Shown: piece after piece, positions 35,972 through 44,044 of the stretch
How positions within the stretch are numbered: position 1 is the stretch's first letter
How the letters are laid out: every line of letters begins with the position of its first letter
Assembly: GCA_021824065.1 (NCBI GenBank)
Contig: JAKALU010000004.1
Coordinates: 1 to 59,794 of the forward strand
Direction of reading: 5' to 3'
DNA length: 59,794 nucleotides
Source: Nitrospirota bacterium
GTDB lineage: Bacteria > Nitrospirota > Thermodesulfovibrionia > Thermodesulfovibrionales > UBA1546
Translations under genes and position numbers: made by a program
Notes under the pieces: generated by a model
What the model was told of the DNA's origin: nothing
Database searches by the model: none
The model's input: the letters and a program-made list of their open reading frames with translations, nothing else

Positions 35972-37152
35972 TCTCCACCTTCTCCTTTTATCCCCCAGCC
36001 CTTTGCATAGGGGGAGATTTCTCTTAATCTTTTTATTACCTGCGGGAACTCGGTGAGCATGTATTCTATGTCTTCGTCAGTGTTATCTTTGCCGAGTGTA
36101 AAGACTATTGAGCCCTGCGCAAGGCTTGCAGATATCCCCATTGACAGTAAGACAGGCGATGCCTTCAAAGCCTTTGAAGAGCATGCAGAACCACTTGCAG
36201 CATATATGCCTTTTGCTGCGAGCAATAGCAGCATTGCTTCACCTTCTATAAACTCAACGCAGAAACTTGCATGAGCAGGAAGCCTGTTATCTGGATGGCC
36301 TGTAAGATAAACATTTTCAACATTTGATACACCCTTAAAAAGCTTATCCCTTAATTTTTTTACATGCTCTGTCCTTGCTTTCATCTCATCCCTTGCAAGT
36401 TCAGCTGCTTTCCCCATCCCTGCAATTGCTGGCACATTCTCTGTCCCAGCCCTTCTTCCATTTTCCTGTATTCCGCCATATATGAGAGGAACTATTCTCA
36501 ACCCTTCTCTTACATAAAGAGCACCAGCGCCCTTTGGTCCATAAAACTGATGTGCTGCCATGCTCAGGAGGTCAACCCCGAGTTCTTTAACATTTACAGG
36601 TATATTCCCTGTTGTTGCCACCGCATCTGTATGAAGGATTATGCCTTTCTCTTTAGCAACCGCTGCTATCTCTTTTAAAGGCTCTATCGTTCCAACCTCA
36701 CTGCTCGCATGGATTACAGATATCAGTGTTGTCTCTTTTGTTATGGATTTTTTTACAGTCTCAGGGTCAACAAACCCGTGTTTGTCAACAGGAAGGTATG
36801 TTACCGCAAATCCCATTTTTTCGAGAAACCTTGCGGAATTCAAGATTGAGTGGTGTTCCATCCTGGATACTATTATGTGCTTCCCTTCGTTCTGTCTTGA
36901 CAGGGCAATCCCCCGCAGTGCAAAGTTATTTGCCTCTGCCCCGCTCGATGTAAAGATTATCTCGGACGCCTTTGAATTGACGAGTGATGCAACCTGTGCC
37001 CTTGCATTTTCTATTGCTTCCTTTGCCCTAGCACCTGGTTCATAGATACTGAGAGGATTACCAAATTCTTCTTTGAAAAAAGGCATCATTGCATCAAAAA
37101 CACGTGTGTCCAGCGGATTTGTTGCAACATGGTCAAAATAGCATTTTCTCAT
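35953..37152 (-). CDS. iscS: Cysteine desulfurase IscS/NifS
   Basis: YFDHVATNP, FTSSGAEANN, HTDAV, AHQFYGPKG, RAGTEN, SGSACSS. Confidence 0.93.
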   Translation of the reverse strand: MRKCYFDHVATNPLDTRVFDAMMPFFKEEFGNPLSIYEPGARAKEAIENARAQVASLVNSKASEIIFTSSGAEANNFALRGIALSRQNEGKHIIVSRMEHHSILNSARFLEKMGFAVTYLPVDKHGFVDPETVKKSITKETTLISVIHASSEVGTIEPLKEIAAVAKEKGIILHTDAVATTGNIPVNVKELGVDLLSMAAHQFYGPKGAGALYVREGLRIVPLIYGGIQENGRRAGTENVPAIAGMGKAAELARDEMKARTEHVKKLRDKLFKGVSNVENVYLTGHPDNRLPAHASFCVEFIEGEAMLLLLAAKGIYAASGSACSSKALKASPVLLSMGISASLAQGSIVFTLGKDNTDEDIEYMLTEFPQVIKRLREISPYAKGWGIKGEGGECTVQR

Positions 37153-37406
37153 TGCTGCCTCACCTTCTTTCTGATATAAAATTTATAATAATCTCCAGAG
37201 TCTTTAATCCCCAGAAACTCATTGCCTGTTTTTTCGCACCAGCCTGGAATATCTTCCAGTGCCCCGTCATAGTCTGTCATAATCTCCAATATCTGTCCAT
37301 TGTCAAGCTCCTTGATTTTTTCTTCAAGCTTAAGCAGATGCATAGGGCACATCATATAAACAATATCTGTCGTTACATCTGGCTTTACATTTTCTACGAA
37401 TTTCAT
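37149..37406 (-). CDS. tusA: TusA-family sulfurtransferase
   Basis: MMCPMH, GQILEIMTD, DIPGWC..TGN. Confidence 0.8.
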   Translation of the reverse strand: MKFVENVKPDVTTDIVYMMCPMHLLKLEEKIKELDNGQILEIMTDYDGALEDIPGWCEKTGNEFLGIKDSGDYYKFYIRKKVRQQ

Positions 37407-37429
37407 ATTTCAAATTAAATATATGCAAG

Positions 37430-37462
37430 GGCATAGTATTTGAGCGGCTTATTTTGCCGATA
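37430..37462 (-). repeat. Dispersed non-palindromic repeat, copy 3 of 3
   Basis: ggcatagtatttgagcggcttattttgccgata. Confidence 0.8.
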
Positions 37463-37475
37463 GTCAGACATACCC

Positions 37476-37928
37476 CTATCTGTTTTCACTTTTTTTAACT
37501 CCCTTGCTTACCTTTTTTAAAAGCGTCCCATCAACCAAATCTTTTAAGGTAACTGTGCCCAGAAATGCCTCTATCTTTTCACCGAGGGATTTCCAGAGCA
37601 GATACGTAACACACCCGTCTACTCTTACACATCCCTCCTCAGGGTCAAGGCACGATGTGATGGCAACAGGCCCTTCAAGTTCTTTTAGGATTGAGCTGAT
37701 GCTAATATCCTCTGGTTTTTTACTCAGCAAATAGCCGCCACCTGGTCCTTTGATACTCTTTATCAGTCCTCCATTCCTGAGTCTATTAAGGATCTGCTCA
37801 AGATAGGCACCAGAGACAGCCTGCTTATCCGATATCTCCTTTATAGGGACAGGCTTCTCGGGATAGCCTCTTGCTATCTCAAACATCGCCCTTACTCCAT
37901 ACTGCCCTTTTGTTGATAACTTGAGCAT
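37476..37928 (-). CDS. Rrf2-family regulator (IscR-like, 3 Cys)
   Basis: LSTKGQYGVRAM, YLEQIL, KGPGGGY, CLDPEEGCVRVDGC. Confidence 0.9.
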   Translation of the reverse strand: MLKLSTKGQYGVRAMFEIARGYPEKPVPIKEISDKQAVSGAYLEQILNRLRNGGLIKSIKGPGGGYLLSKKPEDISISSILKELEGPVAITSCLDPEEGCVRVDGCVTYLLWKSLGEKIEAFLGTVTLKDLVDGTLLKKVSKGVKKSENR

Positions 37929-37934
37929 AACGTA

Positions 37935-37972
37935 AGTGTAAAATACTTTACTAAACTTGTCAAGTATTTAGT
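37935..37972 (-). promoter_or_regulatory. Sigma70 promoter with an overlapping palindromic operator (candidate Rrf2 autoregulation), leaderless
   Basis: TTGACA (37963-37958), 17 bp, TACACT (37940-37935), 6 nt, ATG. Imperfect IR actaaa-cttgtcaag-ta-tttagt at 37950-37972. Confidence 0.65.
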
Positions 37973-38187
37973 TGAGTGAATTGGTAAGGTTTATTTGGGT
38001 TGTGAGAGCTGCTGATTACACCTACAAGGTCACACAATTAAGAAGGGACGAATGCTGAAGATTTACGATAGAAATGCATATAACAATTAATATACGAAGT
38101 TTGCTTTTCCCGAAATTTTAATACAATATAGCACAAAACAAAACATTAAGGAAGTTGAGAAAATCAATAAAATCAACGGGCCGGGGT

Positions 38188-39435
38188 TTACCCCGCTATT
38201 CCCTTAATATCCCCCTCACTCACAGGGCCTAAGACCGTTAGGGCAAAGGTGTTTTGTCTTAGCAGCTTTTCTGAGAGTTCTTTAACCTGTTTGAGAGTTA
38301 TCGCATTTATCTCCTTTATGAGCTCGTTCGGTGAATAATATCTTCCGTAATATATCTCCTGGCGCGCTATGTTCTGCATCCTGCTGCTTGTTGATTCAAG
38401 GCCGAGGATAAGATTTCCCTTAAGCTGATCTTTTGCCCTCTGGAGTTCAGCATCTGTAAGTGTATCTGCTAAACCATTTACTTCTTTGAGGATAAGCTCT
38501 ATCACCTCTGTTATTTTTTTCTTCCCTGTACCTGCATAGATAGCCCACACGCCGGTATCAAGGTACGATGTTATATAAGAATAAATAGAGTATGCCAGGC
38601 CTCTTTTCTCCCTTATTTCCTGAAATAGTCTCGAACTAACACCCGCGCCGAGGATTGTATTCAGAAGAAATAATATATACCTGTCGTTGCTTGACTGCGG
38701 GATGCCTTTAACCCCGATGCACAGATGAACCTCGGAGAGATCTTTACTATGGATTGAGATTTTCCCGTTAAATACGGGTTGCGGGCCTTTTTCGGGCTCA
38801 GAACCTCTCCTCAGAGAGCCAAAGCTATGGTTAAGCTTATCAAGAAGTTTATCTACTTCAAAATTTCCTGCACATGATATAACCGTGTCTTTTGTTCCAT
38901 AGTATTTCTTTATGTGGCTTGTGAGGTCTTCTCTTTTAAATGATTTAATTGTCTCTCTTCTGCCCAGGACGGGTTGTCCTATGCCTTCATTGCCCCAAAT
39001 TGTCTGGTTAAAAAGGTCATGTATATAATCATCAGGTGTATCCTCGACCAGCTTTATCTCTTCTTTTATAATCCCCTTTTCCTTCTCTATATCGTTTTCC
39101 GGAAATGTAGAATGCAGAAAGATATCTGAGAGAAGTTCTGTCCCTCTATCCAGATACTCATCAAGAACCTTTATATAGAACGTTGTACTCTCTCGAGATG
39201 TAAATGCATTGAGGTCACCCCCAAGAGAATCTGTATCAACTGCAATGTCTCTTGCAGAGCGTTTTTGTGTCCCTTTGAAGAACATGTGTTCGAGGAAATG
39301 TGATATACCGTTCTTTTCAGGTAGTTCATTCCTTGAGCCAACCTTGACCCATATACCCAGAGCAACTGAATGAACATTCTTTATCTGTTCCATAACTACA
39401 GGTATGCCGTTTTCAAGATGTGCCTTTTTGAACAT
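38188..39435 (-). CDS. M16 family (pitrilysin-like) zinc peptidase
   Basis: GSRNE, HFLEHMFFKGT, NAFTSRE, SSRLFQEIREKRGLAYS. Confidence 0.92.
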   Translation of the reverse strand: MFKKAHLENGIPVVMEQIKNVHSVALGIWVKVGSRNELPEKNGISHFLEHMFFKGTQKRSARDIAVDTDSLGGDLNAFTSRESTTFYIKVLDEYLDRGTELLSDIFLHSTFPENDIEKEKGIIKEEIKLVEDTPDDYIHDLFNQTIWGNEGIGQPVLGRRETIKSFKREDLTSHIKKYYGTKDTVISCAGNFEVDKLLDKLNHSFGSLRRGSEPEKGPQPVFNGKISIHSKDLSEVHLCIGVKGIPQSSNDRYILFLLNTILGAGVSSRLFQEIREKRGLAYSIYSYITSYLDTGVWAIYAGTGKKKITEVIELILKEVNGLADTLTDAELQRAKDQLKGNLILGLESTSSRMQNIARQEIYYGRYYSPNELIKEINAITLKQVKELSEKLLRQNTFALTVLGPVSEGDIKGIAG

Positions 39436-39465
39436 ATCAGCAACTCAAAATAAAACTACATAAGA

Positions 39466-39613
39466 TAAATACAGATGTTGTGATCCGCCTCGGCGGACGA
39501 TACCTTTGCTGCCTTTCACTGATGGTTATCGAAAAATCTATCAGGATTTAACAAATCAAGATAATCTCAATATCTCTCGAGTTAAATAAATTTTTAAGCA
39601 ATATCTGTATTTA
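39466..39613. repeat. 148-bp intergenic element bounded by a 15-bp IR and containing a mini-palindrome
   Basis: taaatacagatgttg / caatatctgtattta (14/15 match), with tccgcctcggcgga inside. Confidence 0.45.
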
Positions 39614-39654
39614 CTGGCTTGGATAGAAATGTTTTAAAATCCGAAAATCAACCC

Positions 39655-41745
39655 TTAAGCCTTTGCTGCCTTCTCTCTCATTGCATCTTTTCTGCTTAAA
39701 CGAATCCTGCCCATCTTATCTATCTCTATTACCTTCACCAATACCTCGTCTCCTTCTTTCAGTTCATCGGTAACCTTGGCGATTCTTCTATCAGCTATCT
39801 GAGAGATATGAAGAAGACCTTCAACACCGGGAATTATCTCTACAAAGGCTCCGAAGTCAACAATCCGTTTAACTTTTCCGAGATATATCCTGCCGAGTTC
39901 TGCCTCTGCGATAATACCATTGATTATCTCTATTGCTTTCTGGGCTGATGTCTCGTCAGAAGATGCAATATTTATCACACCTGCATCATTGATATCTATC
40001 TTAACACCTGTCTGCTCTATTATCCCCCTTATTACCTTTCCCCCTGTGCCTATAACATCTCTTATCTTTTCCTGTTTTATCTGCATCGTATAAATCCTGG
40101 GCGCATGGGGAGCAAGTTTTTCCCTTGGGGACGATATAACTTCTTTTATCTTATCGAGGATAAAAAGCCTCCCCTGCCTCGCCTGCTCAAGCGCCTTATC
40201 CATAATAGAGATGTTTATTCCTCCTGTCTTCACATCGAGCTGGAATGCTGTTACACCATTCTCTGTTCCGGTCACCTTAAAATCCATATCACCAAGGTGA
40301 TCCTCTAACCCTAAGATATCTGTAAGGACAATATTTTTCTCACCTTCCTGTATTAGCCCCATTGCAATACCTGCTACAGGCGCCTTAATCGGAACACCTG
40401 CATCCATCAATGCAAGAGTGCCACCGCATACTGTTGCCATTGAAGACGAGCCGTTCGATTCAAGGATATCCGAAACAACCCTTATGGTGTACGGGAATGA
40501 CTCTTTTGATGGAATTACATACTTTAGCGCCTTTTCGGCGAGTGCACCATGTCCTATCTCGCGCCTGCCCGGAGAGCGCAATGGTTTGACTTCTCCAACG
40601 CTGAACGGAGGAAAATTATAATGAAGCATAAATGTTTTGTAACTCTCTCCCTCCAATGAATCAATTTTCTGTTCGTCATCAGCAGTGCCGAGAGTTGTTG
40701 CAACAAGTGCCTGTGTTTCACCTCTAACAAAAAGAGCTGAACCATGGGCCCTTGGAAGCAACCCTACCTTTGCATATATATGTCTTATCTCTTCTGGTCT
40801 TCTTCCGTCAGTCCTGATTCCCTCTTCTATAATCATCCTCCTTACGAGGTCTTTTTCAAGTTTAAAGAACGCATCTGCTATGTCTTTGGTCATGTCCTTT
40901 TCAGGTGTATTAAAATGCCTAATCGTTTCGTCCAGGATCAGGTCAAGTGTCTCCTGCCTTCTCTGTTTGCCTGGTATTTTGACTGCGTCTTTCATCCTTT
41001 CAAGCACATGAGCCTTCACTTTTTCCCTGAGCTCTTCATCAACAACAACAGGGGTCAGCAGACGTTTTTCTCTTCCAGCAGTTTTTCTGAGATCTTTCTG
41101 TATGGCAGTAATGCGCTTTATCTCTGTGTGAGCATAATCTATTGCCTTGAGAAGTATTTCCTCTGGGACTTCGAGCGCCTCGCCTTCAACCATCAGAACC
41201 GAATCCTCAGTCCCTGCAACAACAAGGTTCATGTCAAGTTTCTCTGATTCTGACAAATCAGGATTGATAATAAAATCTCCATTAGCTCTTCCTACCTTAA
41301 CAGCGGCAACAGGTCCGGCAAAAGGGATATCGGAGAGCATAAGCGCTGCAGATATGCCAATTATTCCAAGGGTATCAGATATATTCTCATCGCCGTATGA
41401 TAAAACAGATACTATCCCCTGGGTTTCACAATAAAATCCTTTTGGAAACAATGGACGAATCGGACGGTCTATAAGACGGGATGTAAGAACTTCCTTTTCG
41501 CTGGGCTTCCCTTCTCTCTTAAAAAAACCCCCTGGAATTTTTCCTGCAGCATATGCCTTCTCCTGATAATCGATAGTCAGGGGGAAAAAATCAAGTCCTT
41601 CTTTTACATTTTTCGCTGCAACAGCAGTAGCAAGAACAACAGTATCGCCATACCTGACAACAACTGCTCCATCTGACTGTTTTGCTATCTCGCCTGTCTC
41701 AATAAACAGCCTCTTGCCTTTAATATCAACTTCTACTTTAGTCAT
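39655..41745 (-). CDS. pnp: Polyribonucleotide nucleotidyltransferase (PNPase)
   Basis: FFPLTIDY, RLIDRPIRP, RREIGHG, ESNGSSSMA, DFKVTGT, KH and S1 domains. Confidence 0.97.
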   Translation of the reverse strand: MTKVEVDIKGKRLFIETGEIAKQSDGAVVVRYGDTVVLATAVAAKNVKEGLDFFPLTIDYQEKAYAAGKIPGGFFKREGKPSEKEVLTSRLIDRPIRPLFPKGFYCETQGIVSVLSYGDENISDTLGIIGISAALMLSDIPFAGPVAAVKVGRANGDFIINPDLSESEKLDMNLVVAGTEDSVLMVEGEALEVPEEILLKAIDYAHTEIKRITAIQKDLRKTAGREKRLLTPVVVDEELREKVKAHVLERMKDAVKIPGKQRRQETLDLILDETIRHFNTPEKDMTKDIADAFFKLEKDLVRRMIIEEGIRTDGRRPEEIRHIYAKVGLLPRAHGSALFVRGETQALVATTLGTADDEQKIDSLEGESYKTFMLHYNFPPFSVGEVKPLRSPGRREIGHGALAEKALKYVIPSKESFPYTIRVVSDILESNGSSSMATVCGGTLALMDAGVPIKAPVAGIAMGLIQEGEKNIVLTDILGLEDHLGDMDFKVTGTENGVTAFQLDVKTGGINISIMDKALEQARQGRLFILDKIKEVISSPREKLAPHAPRIYTMQIKQEKIRDVIGTGGKVIRGIIEQTGVKIDINDAGVINIASSDETSAQKAIEIINGIIAEAELGRIYLGKVKRIVDFGAFVEIIPGVEGLLHISQIADRRIAKVTDELKEGDEVLVKVIEIDKMGRIRLSRKDAMREKAAKA

Positions 41746-41755
41746 TTAATAGTCT

Positions 41756-42025
41756 CTACTTTCTAAGTCCTAACCGCTCAATCACCTTTGAGTAGCGTTC
41801 CTTGCTTGAGGCCTTGAGATAGTCAAGTAATTTTCTTCTCTGTCCAACAAGTTTCAGTAGCCCACGGCGTGAGTGGTGGTCATTTTTATGGGTTCTAAAA
41901 TGCTCTGTAAGATAATTTATCCTCTCACTCAGAATAGCCAGCTGAACCTCTGGGGAGCCGGTATCCTTTTCGTGAACTTTATAGTCATCTATAATGGTAT
42001 GTTTTTTTTCCTTACTGAGAGGCAT
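41756..42025 (-). CDS. rpsO: 30S ribosomal protein S15
   Basis: [33 protein letters not shown]. Start placed at ATG 42025. Confidence 0.97.
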   Translation of the reverse strand: MPLSKEKKHTIIDDYKVHEKDTGSPEVQLAILSERINYLTEHFRTHKNDHHSRRGLLKLVGQRRKLLDYLKASSKERYSKVIERLGLRK

Positions 42026-42090
42026 TAAATCACCACCTTCCATCTTTAGAATTTAAATGCTTTTATCCCGGGTTGTTGCTAAAGAGGGCT

Positions 42091-42199
42091 CAAGGATTCG
42101 AGGATTCAGGGGTTCATATTTGTGTCAGTTTTTAGTGTCAGTTTATCCTTACTGACACTGGCACTCTGACCTCTTAAATCCTTGACCCCTTGAACCCTT
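42091..42199. repeat. Octamer-armed hairpin element with a nested second repeat pair
   Basis: caaggatt/cgaggatt/caggggtt ... aatccttg/accccttg/aaccctt enclosing gtgtcagt x2 / actgacac. Confidence 0.7.
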
Positions 42200-42331
42200 C
42201 TTTTCAAACACAACCTTTTAAAGATAACTAAATATGTTAAAGGATAACATACTGACTTGTATTCTGTAAAGAATCTAATAGCTGCCCTGTAAAATCAGAT
42301 GTTAATTTGCTACATTTTTGCTGCACTGAAT

Positions 42332-42438
42332 TTAATATTCGCTTGCTGCTGTCTTAATACCCATTTCCTTTAAAAATGTCTTCGGTGTGATGTATTTTAG
42401 ATAAAGACATTTGTATCGAGAAAGACCCTAAGTCTCAT
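42332..42438 (-). pseudogene. Internally deleted PIN-domain toxin
   Basis: ATG 42438 gives MRLRVFLDTNVFI* (PIN N-terminal motif); a shifted frame gives KYITPKTFLKEMGIKTAASEY*. Overlaps the antitoxin stop. Confidence 0.7.
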
Positions 42439-42670
42439 TCTCAATGGCCTCAATATCTTTCTTCAACTGCTCCGGTGTAACCTTTCTTCTTTTATACCCT
42501 GTAATCTTGCTCCATAACATTTGAGGGCTGAAGATTCCCATGTCTGAGGCATACTTGATGATTGCTGCCCTTGCAGCCTCATCCTTGCTCGGGGAAAGGC
42601 CGACCTTTACCATTTTTTCTAAAGCAGCTTCCTCAGCTTTATCTAACTTAATTGCCGTGCCTGTTTTCAT
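42428..42670 (-). CDS. Ribbon-helix-helix antitoxin-like protein (orphaned)
   Basis: LEKMVKVGLSPSKDEAARAAI. SD aggagg before ATG 42670. Lies upstream of the PIN relic. Confidence 0.65.
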   Translation of the reverse strand: MKTGTAIKLDKAEEAALEKMVKVGLSPSKDEAARAAIIKYASDMGIFSPQMLWSKITGYKRRKVTPEQLKKDIEAIENET

Positions 42671-42874
42671 CTCAATCACCTCCTGCCTAAAGTTTACCTG
42701 ATTGCCCTCGATAATCTCAATCGCTGATTAAAATCGGATGCCTTCTGCTACAATTGTGCTATGGATATTTTGTATTGGATATTTTGTATTTAAATTGACT
42801 TTTATGCTCTTATCGGCTTATGATTTTTGTGAAAATGCAGAAGCGGTATAAAAAATAATGTTGTATTTAAGAAT

Positions 42875-43435
42875 ATGAAAAATGAAAATATAATGTCAGT
42901 CATAGGTGTTATTTGGCTTCTATTATGGTCATCCTACATTCCTCATCTCGTCTACTATTATCCTTTCAAGGAGCTTAAAGGAGTTAAGTCATTAAGCGAA
43001 GAAGTTGCCAAGACTCCTGATTTCATAAAAGAAGAAGCAGGGATAGGCAATAAGAATCAAAAGGAATTAGAAGAATCCGTAATGAGAGAACTCCGTATCA
43101 TATGGGTTAAATCTGTATCAATTGTTATAGTGGGGTTACTTGCGGCTTTTTTGATGCTGAAAAAGAAAAAGGGTGGTCGCATAATTGCTCTGTATTTTGC
43201 CAGTGGCATGTTGCTCCTGAAAATTATTTCTTTTCTTAAATATTGGCGTTATCAGACCTCACCTAAATTTTGGGCAGTGTCTTTCAAGCAGTTTCCTGTG
43301 CAGACAATTCAAGGCATAATATCCGTAATCATCCTAACAATGACTATAATTTTGCTTATCCGTCCCTCGGCAGATGCGCATTTAAGACAGAAAAAAAATG
43401 AACATAACAACGCCTTCAACCCAGACGCGGATTAA
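42875..43435 (+). CDS. Hypothetical membrane protein, integron-cassette-like
   Basis: About 4 hydrophobic segments, no SD. The C-terminus HNNAFNPDAD is encoded by an attC-like left arm. Confidence 0.6.
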   Translation: MKNENIMSVIGVIWLLLWSSYIPHLVYYYPFKELKGVKSLSEEVAKTPDFIKEEAGIGNKNQKELEESVMRELRIIWVKSVSIVIVGLLAAFLMLKKKKGGRIIALYFASGMLLLKIISFLKYWRYQTSPKFWAVSFKQFPVQTIQGIISVIILTMTIILLIRPSADAHLRQKKNEHNNAFNPDAD

Positions 43436-43485
43436 ACCTTGCTTGGTTTTTGCGCTACTGGTTGCCCCTACGGGTCAGCCGCACC
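43402..43485 (+). mobile_element. Partial attC-like site (left arm only)
   Basis: ACATAAC-AACGCCTTCAAC resembles attC R''/L''; gcgg...ccgc stem. The expected GTTRRRY right end is absent. Confidence 0.45.
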
Positions 43486-43581
43486 ATCTTCAAAATTCAC
43501 AACATAAATCGGATAATAGTGCAGACTAAAAACCTACTACGTTTGACCAATTAGAATAAAATCATTTAAAATTTAGGGCAT

Positions 43582-43666
43582 GCCGGAGTGGCGGAATTGG
43601 TAGACGCAAGGGACTTAAAATCCCTCGTCCCCAAAGGGCGTGCCGGTTCGAGTCCGGCCTCCGGCA
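43582..43666 (+). tRNA. tRNA-Leu(TAA)
   Basis: GCCGGAG acceptor, GGCGGAATTGGTAGACGC D-arm, loop CT-TAA-AA, variable arm, GGTTCGAGTCC. CCA not encoded. Confidence 0.95.
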
Positions 43667-43667
43667 C

Positions 43668-44036
43668 TTATCCACCTATAAAACTGTTGACGAGTTTTAT
43701 GAGCTCCTGCGTCTGGATAGGTTTTGGAAGATATGCATTGGCTCCGATGGCAATGGCCTTTTTTTTGTCCTCTTCTGCTCCCTCTGTCGTTATTATTATT
43801 ATCGGTATATTTTTATAAGCGGGATTCCCTCTTACAAGACTGACAAGTTTCAAGCCATCCATAACAGGCATATTTATATCTGCGAGTATGAGATCTATTT
43901 TTTCCGAGGATAGTTTTTTTAAGGCATCAACTCCATCCGTTGCCTCAACCACCTTTGAGTTGGATATCCTCTTCATTGCGAAACTGATAAGTTGTCTCAT
44001 CGTCGGCGAATCTTCTACTACAAGGATATTTGGCAT
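43668..44036 (-). CDS. cheY: CheY-like response regulator
   Basis: LVVEDS, ILADINMP, ITTEG, KPI. Confidence 0.9.
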   Translation of the reverse strand: MPNILVVEDSPTMRQLISFAMKRISNSKVVEATDGVDALKKLSSEKIDLILADINMPVMDGLKLVSLVRGNPAYKNIPIIIITTEGAEEDKKKAIAIGANAYLPKPIQTQELIKLVNSFIGG

Positions 44037-44044
44037 CTTATCTC

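Noticed and set aside
38058-38096. Tiny ORF MLKIYDRNAYNN with an SD-like sequence
   Set aside because: Only 12 codons with no supporting homology; resemblance to CysS N-termini is too weak.
42762-42789. 14-bp tandem duplication tggatattttgtat x2
   Set aside because: Isolated slippage-type duplication with no further structure.
43582-43666. tRNA-Leu as integration site for the 42.2-43.5 kb accessory region
   Set aside because: The accessory DNA lies 5' of the tRNA, no duplicated tRNA 3' end was found, and there is no integrase.
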